Assembly: GCF_001194135.2 (NCBI RefSeq)
Contig: NC_068983.1
Location: 149,250,051-149,314,050, forward strand
Length of the DNA: 64,000 nucleotides
Origin: Octopus bimaculoides
Taxonomy: Eukaryota
Direction: 5' to 3'
Part shown: in pieces, positions 1-9,671 of the stretch
Position numbering within the stretch: the stretch's first letter is position 1
How the letters are laid out: each line of letters opens with the position of its first letter
Made by a program: the position numbers and the translations under genes
Notes under the pieces: generated by a model
The model's input: the letters and a program-made list of their open reading frames with translations, nothing else
Database searches by the model: none
What the model was told of the DNA's origin: nothing

Positions 1-223
1 ATTGCCCACAAGGGGCTAAACACAGAGGGGACAGACAAGTACAGACAAAGGGATTAAGTCGAGTACATCGACCTCAGTGCGTAACTGGTACTTAATTTAT
101 CGACCCCGAAAGGATGAAAGGCAAAGTCGACCCCGGCGGAATTTGAACTCAGAACGTAGCGGCAGACGAAATACCGCTAAGCATTTCGCCCGGCGTGCTA
201 ACGATTCTGCCAGCTCGCCGCCT
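1..223 (-). mobile_element. tRNA-derived SINE, family C (head AGGCGGCGAGCTGGCAGAATC, core GCCTTTCATCCTTTCGGGGTCGATAAATTAAGTACCAG)
   Basis: Pol III A/B-box-like head (GAGTTCAAATTCC) on the minus strand. The same sequence recurs near 15170-15290, 16225-16350, 44855-45050, 48065-48260, 53543-54950 and 56876-57030. Confidence 0.85.
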
Positions 224-318
224 TCCAGCGGTTCTTGAGATATCTTGTCCACGGACAAACAAACAAACGAACACGACTGAAAACAATACCTCCGCCTTCG
301 CTAGGGCGGAGGTAATAA
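224..318 (-). mobile_element. DINE-1/HINE-like non-autonomous Helentron end fragment
   Basis: Minus strand reads TTATTACCTCCGCC...GGCGGAGGTA (perfect 10-bp inverted repeat, 287-296/305-314), then a (GTTT)n microsatellite and AAGATATCTCAAG. This matches the layout of DINE-like elements as I recall it. Confidence 0.5.
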
Positions 319-458
319 GGTACAAAATAAGGTACATAATAATCACAGATACAAATATTCACATACATACCTTGTACACGCACACATGTACTCACACAGG
401 GTTGAAACGCTGTTTGATTTTTCTTTTCAACATTGATTGTTCATCATCCCACTTCCAT

Positions 459-530
<72 letters not shown>

Positions 531-900
531 AACAAACAAACATTCACATACCTCCTTTTTACATACACACACATATACTCGCACAGAGTTGAAACGCTGT
601 TTGACTTTTTTTTCACCGCACAATTTCCATCATCCCACTACCAAGTTTGCCATCACTCCTTCCTTCTTTACTCATTCTATCACCCCTTCCTTCCTTATTC
701 ATCTGTCACCCCTTCCTTTCGCATACATATGTTGTGACGGAGAAAAACACAAGAGTATTATTATAGTAGATGTTTACGCACTCTCTCTATCTCTTTTTCT
801 CTAACTGCAACAAACTTTTTAACCATGGCATTCCTCCTCTTCACGTCGTTATCATTTCTCTCTTTGTCTTTCTCTTATCTTTTCACTTCCACTAACGACA

Positions 901-950
<50 letters not shown>

Positions 951-2522
951 NNNNNNNNNNNNNNNNNNNNNNNNNNNNNNNNNNNNNNNNNNNNNNNNNN
1001 NNNNNNNNNNNNNNNNNNNNNNNNNNNNNNNNNNNNNNNNNNNNNNNNNNNNNNNNNNNNNNNNNNNNNNNNNNNNNNNNNNNNNNNNNNNNNNNNNNNN
1101 NNNNNNNNNNNNNNNNNNNNNNNNNNNNNNNNNNNNNNNNNNNNNNNNNNNNNNNNNNNNNNNNNNNNNNNNNNNNNNNNNNNNNNNNNNNNNNNNNNNN
1201 NNNNNNNNNNNNNNNNNNNNNNNNNNNNNNNNNNNNNNNNNNNNNNNNNNNNNNNNNNNNNNNNNNNNNNNNNNNNNNNNNNNNNNNNNNNNNNNNNNNN
1301 NNNNNNNNNNNNNNNNNNNNNNNNNNNNNNNNNNNNNNNNNNNNNNNNNNNNNNNNNNNNNNNNNNNNNNNNNNNNNNNNNNNNNNNNNNNNNNNNNNNN
1401 NNNNNNNNNNNNNNNNNNNNNNNNNNNNNNNNNNNNNNNNNNNNNNNNNNNNNNNNNNNNNNNNNNNNNNNNNNNNNNNNNNNNNNNNNNNNNNNNNNNN
1501 NNNNNNNNNNNNNNNNNNNNNNNNNNNNNNNNNNNNNNNNNNNNNNNNNNNNNNNNNNNNNNNNNNNNNNNNNNNNNNNNNNNNNNNNNNNNNNNNNNNN
1601 NNNNNNNNNNNNNNNNNNNNNNNNNNNNNNNNNNNNNNNNNNNNNNNNNNNNNNNNNNNNNNNNNNNNNNNNNNNNNNNNNNNNNNNNNNNNNNNNNNNN
1701 NNNNNNNNNNNNNNNNNNNNNNNNNNNNNNNNNNNNNNNNNNNNNNNNNNNNNNNNNNNNNNNNNNNNNNNNNNNNNNNNNNNNNNNNNNNNNNNNNNNN
1801 NNNNNNNNNNNNNNNNNNNNNNNNNNNNNNNNNNNNNNNNNNNNNNNNNNNNNNNNNNNNNNNNNNNNNNNNNNNNNNNNNNNNNNNNNNNNNNNNNNNN
1901 NNNNNNNNNNNNNNNNNNNNNNNNNNNNNNNNNNNNTTGTACTGTGAAAGCTACCAGCACAATGTACTCCATTACAATCTGTTGCCTCTTCAGGTTGACA
2001 GTAATTAAACAGTCACACGAGATTTAAAGTAGTGGTGAGAGTTATCGGATGAACACAGTATATGGTCAACAGCTGCCTGGCAATAGCGCGGAGGCCTAAA
2101 TTCCATCATGGTGTCTGGTGTATTGTAAGGTCAGTAGGAATGCAGTACTCTTCAGCTTTCGCTAAGCATGTCTCTAGCAGAAAATTATTCCAGTATAAAC
2201 CCCTTCTTCACGATGCTGTGCAAGCTGTTCCGGGTTGAAATTTTGCAATATTGATGACATATAGCCATAAAATAGTTTCTTCATCAAATGCGACAATGAT
2301 GTGTTTCTGCTACTTCAAAGATGTTTGAGATATCTTTTTCAGCGTTAGTGCTATCCACTAGATTACTGGAAATAATCTGGTGGACACAGACGCCCTACAA
2401 ATAGTCTCTATCAATTATGAGCGGGCAGTTTGGTGCAGCTAGTTGATGCATTACAGAAATAATACACTGTGTATTCAGCGTTCAAAATAGTTCAATACAT
2501 AACAATTTATATGCACTAAATT

Positions 2523-2903
2523 TTGTTGGCACTCCGTCGCTTACGACATCGAGGGTTCCAGTTGATCCGATCAACGGAACAGCCTGCTCGTGAAATTAAC
2601 GTGCAAGTGGCTGAGCACTCCACAGACACGCGTATCCTTAACGTAGTTCTCGGGGATATTCAGCGTGACACAGTGTGACAAGGCTGACCCTTTGAATTAC
2701 AGGCACAACAGAAACAGGAAGTAAGAGTGAGAGAAAGTTGTGGTGAAAGAGTACAGCAGGGTTCGCCACCATCCTCTGTCGGAGCCTCGTGGCACTTTAG
2801 GTGTTTTCGCTCAATAAGCACTCACAACGCCCGGTCTGGGAATCGAAACCGCGATCCTATGACCGCGAGTCCGCTGCCCTAACCACTGGGCCATTGCGCC
2901 TCC
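2523..2903 (-). mobile_element. tRNA-derived SINE, family A, full length
   Basis: Head GGAGGCGCAATGGCCCAGTGGTTAGGGC with B box GGTTTCGATTCC, tail GTGCCAACAA. Near-identical copies at 13322-13701 and 30288-30621. Confidence 0.9.
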
Positions 2904-3659
2904 ACCATGCACTAAATACATGAAAGGAAAAAAAATTTCAGTTGGTATGCCCTTTATTTTATCATTACAGTGTAAGTTACAACTTCTTCGAGTTGTTGAA
3001 CACAGATTGTTTTCAGTTCTATTATCCATCCTGTAAGTAGTTAAGTTCATTTGTGAATGACTATTAGATGGAAAGAGAGAGAAAGAATAACAAAAGTTAC
3101 CTCTCTGTGTTGACAAGTAGAGAGGACGAGAGTTGTGTAGAACTCCGGTGACAAGCCATAACTGAAGGGAGGGAAATAGAGATGTGCTCTTCTGGAGAGG
3201 AGTCGAGTGAAAGAGGTAGAATTGAATTTAGGTTCTGTATTTATATTTTTTATTACTAAATTAGGTTGGACTAAACAAAGGATTTCTTGCCTGCTATCAT
3301 GTATAAATATTCGGTAACCACAAATAAGTTAGTTAAAGAATAGAACTTATCTATATGTAGCAGTTGGCCTTCATAAATTTCTAAGTGCTAATGTCGAGAC
3401 CAATAGAAAAGAACTCATAGAAAAATCTAGGCTAAGAATCCTGGAAGCAATTCGCTGCAAATATGTGTATAAATTGCAATGGCACTAAAACAAGGTAGTA
3501 TACATAATATATGTTCATATTTGACAGGCCAATGCACATCCCAGCAACTTCTAGTTATAATATCTTTCTTAGAAAAAAGATAATAGCTTTGTGTGCTGAG
3601 AATGTCTGTGTATCTATAGATGATTTTGATGTTGCGAGTAAAGACATGCTTGTGTTTGG

Positions 3660-4470
3660 TGTATTTGCATCAATGTAAACAGTTTTGAATTCTGTCGATG
3701 CTGACTGTCTCTTTTAGGCGTGCCAATAAAACACCATAAGGGTCAGTGTATGGTGTCCCTGACAAAATGCATACGACCATGTAGTAATGTCATTTGGAAC
3801 ATAAGTTTTAATCGTTCATTGACTGAATAGGAATTTCGGTAACTCGAACATACACTGCCGCAGTTGATGTTCATAATTGGACAGATTGGCATCTCCAACT
3901 AACATCTGTCCAGAAAGATGTTAATGTATAGCATAAGGCAGCTCTGCTAGAGCGGAATCTAGGTTTACCTTAATTGACTTTCTGAAACCTTGTAGTATAT
4001 TGAGCAGATATTCCAACCATCCCTCTATGTTACCGTATGCTTTAAATGTCGTTTTAACTTGTTGGTGGAAACGTTCGATCATTTGATTTACCGCAGGATG
4101 ATGAGCCATAGTACAACGACCGCTTAGTGCCCAGCAATTGAATTAATTCAGTAAACAAATTAGATTCAAATTGCCGGCCTTTGTTGGCCGTTATAACCGC
4201 TGGAGTTCCCAAACGCGAAATCTTGTTGAAAAACAATGCTTTCGCTACCGTTATGGAATATCTGAAATACGAATGGCTTCAGGCGACCTAGAGAAACGAC
4301 AAATACAGGTCAACGGACAGGTAATGTCCTGAACAGAAGATAATGGCCAACAAAATCTATGTATTTGTGTTAAAAACGAGCGTCCATTGATGAGAAGGTT
4401 CCTATGAGAGCTCTAATAAGGCAATGAACTTTTGCATTTTGGCAAAATACACAACTCCTGGCTCATAGAT
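3660..4470 (-). mobile_element. Degenerate Ty3/Gypsy LTR-retrotransposon integrase (rve) fragment
   Basis: Broken frames give IDFVGP, RFSRSPEAI, ISRLGTPAVITANKGRQFESNLF, HHPAVNQMIERFHQQVK and VSIDR. Contains stops and frameshifts. Confidence 0.85.
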
Positions 4471-4560
4471 GAACATTTCTGTTCATATTTCACCAAATGA
4501 AATATGAGTTACGATGCAGTAACTCCCGGTGAGGATAAATTGTGAAGAGCAAAAAAAATA

Positions 4561-4591
<31 letters not shown>

Positions 4592-4623
4592 TAGGACTGC
4601 TATGACTCCTCTGGAAGGAATAT

Positions 4624-6187
4624 GTAAATAAAGAAGAAGAGTTCCATAGGGTTCACCGACGATAAGTCCTCAGCCCCCTCTTATTCATTATAGTCCTCCA
4701 GGCAATAACAGAGGAATTCAAGACAGACTGCTCCTAGAGCTCCTCTATGCTGATGACCTTGTTCTAATAGCCGAATCACTGCCAGAACTAGAGACGAAGT
4801 TTAGGGTGTGGAAGCAAGGTCTAGAATCGAAGGGCCTTAGGGTTAACCTAGCAAAAACCAAAGTCTTGGTAAGTAAGAAGGCTGTCAAATCACACCCGCT
4901 TCAGGTAGATGGCCCTGCTCGATCTGTAGAAAAGGTGTAGGTAGAAACTCCATACGATGTACCCGGTGTAAGCTATGGACACATAAATGGCGCAGCAATA
5001 TCAAAGGAATGTTAACCAGGAAGGTAGTCTTTGAGTGTGGCAGATGCACAGGGGCAATAAACACTGAAGACGTACAGAAAACAGATTCCCTCACATGCCA
5101 GGGAGAAAAACTAGAAGCAGTTAATAGCTTCTGCTACCTAGGCGACCAAGTCTGTAGTTGGGTGGGGTTGCTCTGAGAGTAAAGCGGCTAGAATAAGAAT
5201 AGCCTGGGCAAAGTTCAGGGAGCTCCTACCTTTGCTGGCAACTAAGGGCCTCTCGCTCAGAATGAAAGGTAGACAGTATGATGCATGTATGCGAACTGCC
5301 ATGCTACACTGCAGTGAAACATGGGCCATGAATGCTGAGGACATGCGTAGGATTGAAAGAAATGAAGCTAGTATTATCCGCTAGATGTGTAATGTCAGTG
5401 TGCATACACAACAGAGTGTAAGTGCCTTGAGAGAAAAGTTGGGCATAAGAAGGAAAAAAATGTGGTGAGCAAGAGAGACGACTGCGCTGGTATGGTTATG
5501 TGTTACATATGGATGAGGACAGGTGTGTGAGCAAGTGTCACTCCCTAACTGTGGAAGGAACCTGTGGAAGAGGTAGACTCAGGGAGACATGGGATGAGGT
5601 GTTGAAGCATGACCTTCAAACATTGGGCCTCATAGAAGCAATGACAGAAGACCGAGACCTTTGGAAGACATGCTGTAATTGAGAAGATCCGGCAACTAAG
5701 GTGAGATCGCAGCCATGGCCGATGCCAGAGTAGCATGTCTGGCCCATTTAAGAGTACCATTGATGCGTCGGGCGATATGATATTCTTGAGAAGACCTGTT
5801 GAGTCAAGTAAAGCCAAAATCGTAGCTGTGGCCAGTGCCCCCTAACTGGCTCCAGGTCAGGTGGCATGTAAAATGCATCATCTGAACGTGACCGATGACA
5901 GTACTCCCTAACTGGCTCTTGTGCTGGTAGCATGTAAAAAGCACCATCCGAACGTGGCCGATGCCAGTACCTCCTGACTGGCTCCCGTGCCAGTGGCACA
6001 TAAAAAGCACTATCCGAACGTGATCGACGCCAGGCCCACCGGGAATGGTTGGTGTTAGGAAGGGCAGCCAGCTGTAGAAATATTGCCAGACCAGATTGGG
6101 CCTTGGTTCAGCCGGCGGCTCTCCAGACCTCAGTCAAACTGTCCAATCCATGCCAGCATGGAAAACGGACGTTAAACGATGATGATG

Positions 6188-6189
<2 letters not shown>
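4624..6189 (+). mobile_element. 5'-truncated RTE-clade LINE: RT C-terminal half, 3' UTR with 66-bp tandem repeats, (GAT)n tail
   Basis: SPLLFIIVLQAITEEFK, LYADDLVLIAES (YADD at 4746-4757), GLRVNLAKTKV, FCYLGD, RIRIAWAKFRELLPLL, SETWAM, with stops and frameshifts. Ends CCATGCCAGCATGGAAAACGGACGTTAAACGATGATGAT. Confidence 0.9.
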
Positions 6190-6222
<33 letters not shown>

Positions 6223-6909
6223 NNNNNNNNNNNNNNNNNNNNNNNNNNNNNNNNNNNNNNNNNNNNNNNNNNNNNNNNNNNNNNNNNNNNNNNNNNNNNN
6301 NNNNNNNNNNNNNNNNNNNNNNNNNNNNNNNNNNNNNNNNNNNNNNNNNNNNNNNNNNNNNNNNNNNNNNNNNNNNNNNNNNNNNNNNNNNNNNNNNNNN
6401 NNNNNNNNNNNNNNNNNNNNNNNNNNNNNNNNNNNNNNNNNNNNNNNNNNNNNNNNNNNNNNNNNNNNNNNNNNNNNNNNNNNNNNNNNNNNNNNNNNNN
6501 NNNNNNNNNNNNNNNNNNNNNNNNNNNNNNNNNNNNNNNNNNNNNNNNNNNNNNNNNNNNNNNNNNNNNNNNNNNNNNNNNNNNNNNNNNNNNNNNNNNN
6601 NNNNNNNNNNNNNNNNNNNNNNNNNNNNNNNNNNNNNNNNNNNNNNNNNNNNNNNNNNNNNNNNNNNNNNNNNNNNNNNNNNNNNNNNNNNNNNNNNNNN
6701 NNNNNNNNNNNNNNNNNNNNNNNNNNNNNNNNNNNNNNNNNNNNNNNNNNNNNNNNNNNNNNNNNNNNNNNNNNNNNNNNNNNNNNNNNNNNNNNNNNNN
6801 NNNNNNNNNNNNNNNNNNNNNNNNNNNNNNNNNNNNNNNNTTAGAAAGTTAAAGAAGTGATTTTAAATTTAGATATATATATATATATATACACACACAA
6901 ATATATATA

Positions 6910-6969
<60 letters not shown>

Positions 6970-7287
6970 GAATATATTGTCAAAACAATTTCCATTATTT
7001 CTTTTTTTTTTTATCTCCTTTCTATGGAGAGGATATGGTCAGTGGTTAAGGATGGTCATTCAAAGGATTTAGAAGGAATTATTTTTCATTTCCTTTGTGT
7101 GTGCGTGTTATTTTTGTTCTCTGGAAATGTTTTGTATATTGTGGTGGGTGTGTATATGTGTGTGTGAGTGTGTTTGTTTTTTTGGGGGGAGGGGGATGTT
7201 TTGTTTGTGTGTGTGTGTATGTGTGTGTGATAGATCCTTATTTATTAATAGTGGGTGTTTAGATATTTAGCTGTGGTTTAAATTTGT

Positions 7288-7608
7288 TACTCTTTTACTT
7301 GTTTCAGTCATTTGACTGTGGCCATGCTGGAGCACCGCCTTTAGTCGAGCAAATCGACCCCGGGACTTATTCTTTGTAAGCCTAGTACTTATTCTATCGG
7401 TCTCTTTTGCCGAACCGCTAAGTTACGGGGACGTAAACACACCAGCATCGGTTGTCAAGCGATGTTGGGGGGGACAAACACAGACACACAAACATATACA
7501 CACACATACATATATATATACATATATACGACGGGCTTCTTTCAGATTCCGTCTACCAAATCCACTCACAAGGCTTTGGTCGGTTCGAGGCAATAGTAGA
7601 AGACACTT
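7288..7608 (-). mobile_element. CORE-type SINE, family B, 5' end lost in a gap
   Basis: Matches the full-length copy at 36378-36753 (AGTGTCTTCTACTAT...GAATAAGTCCCGGGGTCGATTTG...GAAACAAGTAAAAGAGTA). Confidence 0.85.
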
Positions 7609-8378
7609 NNNNNNNNNNNNNNNNNNNNNNNNNNNNNNNNNNNNNNNNNNNNNNNNNNNNNNNNNNNNNNNNNNNNNNNNNNNNNNNNNNNNNNNNNNNN
7701 NNNNNNNNNNNNNNNNNNNNNNNNNNNNNNNNNNNNNNNNNNNNNNNNNNNNNNNNNNNNNNNNNNNNNNNNNNNNNNNNNNNNNNNNNNNNNNNNNNNN
7801 NNNNNNNNNNNNNNNNNNNNNNNNNNNNNNNNNNNNNNNNNNNNNNNNNNNNNNNNNNNNNNNNNNNNNNNNNNNNNNNNNNNNNNNNNNNNNNNNNNNN
7901 NNNNNNNNNNNNNNNNNNNNNNNNNNNNNNNNNNNNNNNNNNNNNNNNNNNNNNNNNNNNNNNNNNNNNNNNNNNNNNNNNNNNNNNNNNNNNNNNNNNN
8001 NNNNNNNNNNNNNNNNNNNNNNNNNNNNNNNNNNNNNNNNNNNNNNNNNNNNNNNNNNNNNNNNNNNNNNNNNNNNNNNNNNNNNNNNNNNNNNNNNNNN
8101 NNNNNNNNNNNNNNNNNNNNNNNNNNNNNNNNNNNNNNNNNNNNNNNNNNNNNNNNNNNNNNNNNNNNNNNNNNNNNNNNNNNNNNNNNNNNNNNNNNNN
8201 NNNNNNNNNNNNNNNNNNNNNNNNNNNNNNNNNNNNNNNNNNNNNNNNNNNNNNNNNNNNNNNNNNNNNNNNNNNNNNNNNNNNNNNNNNNNNNNNNNNN
8301 NNNNNNNNNNNNNNNNNNNNNNNNNNNNNNNNNNNNNNNNNNNNNNNNNNNNNNNNNNNNNNNNNNNNNNNNNNNNNN

Positions 8379-8583
8379 GCCACAAAACTTTTCGCCAAAT
8401 TTGGCAAAAATGCTCATAACCCTAACCCTAACCCTAAAACCCTAACCCTAAAACCCGAACCCTAACTCTAAAACCCTAAAGCTAAAACCAGTACAAACGC
8501 ACGAACAATGTCATAAATAACAGTACCGCCGATAGTTGTTGTTGACAAACAACGGCAGTAATTTTATTCAAGGGAAAAGATCC
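8379..8583. mobile_element. Right part of a DNA-transposon-like element with a (CCCTAA/CCCTAAAA)n tract, ending GATCC
   Basis: Telomere-like repeats at 8417-8489. Terminus GGGAAAAGATCC resembles the AAAAAAGATCC end of the MITE at 28684-29234. The left end lies in the N gap. Confidence 0.5.
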
Positions 8584-9443
8584 CAACAATTTGTCTAACC
8601 TCATTTCCAGGAAGGAAAGGACCTTAACTCATACAAAAGGAGAACATATTTATATCAGTTCCCCTATCTCCGCTTACTTTCTTTTTCACGTTCTACTTGT
8701 CGCTGTGTACGCTCACGTACGTGTGTGCGTGTGTGTGTGTGCATGCGTTCATTAAAAAGATAGAGAAGGGTGAGAGAAAGAGAAAGGGAAGAAAGGCGAA
8801 AAGAATAAGGGAGGGAGAAGAGGAAATAGATGAGGAAAGAAGAAAAGGGGAAAATCCGTATGTGGAAATGAGTCTTCGTGCGTTACTTGTGTACCTAAGA
8901 GGCGAAAAAGAACGGTGACAGGATGACGGAGAGGAAGAAAGAAATAACGAGTCAAATTTTAACATAACGGAACAAGAACAAAAAACTAAAGAGTTCAAAC
9001 AGATAAAAAGAGAGATATGAGTATGCGAGAAATAACATATTCTTAGATAGTCTTCTTTCGCTACATTTTCCCATTTGATATTATTTATTAATTTAGAAAA
9101 GAAAAAAATTATTTTTTTAAACTTGCTACGAATCTTGTTAAATTGCTTTCAATTACTACTAGTATTTCAAATTTTCACCAGATTTGTTTTTTCAAGTTTT
9201 CTACAATGATGTAATTCCTAGAAAAGATTATGAAAGCAATTTTTATCATCAGCGCGCAAAAATTGCATTTTTTTAAAAAGTAATCTGGTAAAAATCTGAA
9301 ATACTTTAAGTGGTTGGTAGAAATTTAACAAGGTCCCTAGCTACTATAGTCAACAACGTTAGGATTGAACTAGCTTCAGCAAGTATTCATTCCAGGGACG
9401 CAACTTGGACAGTAAAGTGTTATGTGTCACTTCTGTGAGTTCT

Positions 9444-9451
9444 CCACGTCA
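9444..9451 (-). promoter_or_regulatory. UPRE (TGACGTGG), XBP1s/ATF6-type site upstream of PDIA6
   Basis: CCACGTCA on the + strand is an exact UPRE, about 200 bp upstream of the predicted ATG. Confidence 0.7.
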
Positions 9452-9465
9452 GATTATGAAAACAG

Positions 9466-9484
9466 CCAATGGCAGGCAACCACG
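9466..9484 (+). promoter_or_regulatory. ERSE (CCAAT-N9-CCACG) upstream of PDIA6
   Basis: CCAAT-GGCAGGCAA-CCACG has exact consensus and spacing. An additional CCAAT lies at 9497-9501. Confidence 0.8.
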
Positions 9485-9649
9485 TGAGTCTGGTAGCCAA
9501 TACATACATACGGTTGTATACACACATTCATGAGAAGAGCATTTCCACCCGGCTGAAGAAAAAAAATCCCGTCATTCTTAACAACACCAGTACTTCAACT
9601 GTTTGCGAATTTTTGTTTTTCTTTTCTTTCTTGTTAAATTCTTAAAATT

Positions 9650-9671
9650 ATGGAGGCTTTGCCTCTTTCCT
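9650..9671 (+). CDS. PDIA6: PDIA6 exon 1 (MEALPLS, phase 1)
   Basis: ATG followed by a CT|GTAAGT donor. Phase matches exon 2, and it sits just downstream of the ERSE/UPRE. The exon is short, so this call is less certain. Confidence 0.7.

Noticed and set aside
195-804. ORFs rich in HT/CV/YI/RE dipeptides here and elsewhere in the window
   Set aside because: Translations of (CA)n, (TA)n and (GA)n microsatellites.
825-2027. Long ORFs spanning N runs (also near 6049, 7423, 17365, 29794, 48398, 55059 and 59181)
   Set aside because: Artefacts of translating assembly gaps. Only the mariner flanks carry real coding signal.
1938-2520. Possible Gypsy RNase H remnant (ITGNNLVDTDAL)
   Set aside because: Only one weak motif, in the opposite orientation to the integrase relic. 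Not supportable without a search.
2815-2903. tRNA-like sequence with A and B boxes
   Set aside because: It is the head of a multi-copy SINE and does not form a complete cloverleaf gene.
8693-8998. Lys/Glu/Arg-rich and Phe/Leu/Ser-rich ORFs upstream of PDIA6
   Set aside because: Purine-rich low-complexity DNA with no splice or domain support.
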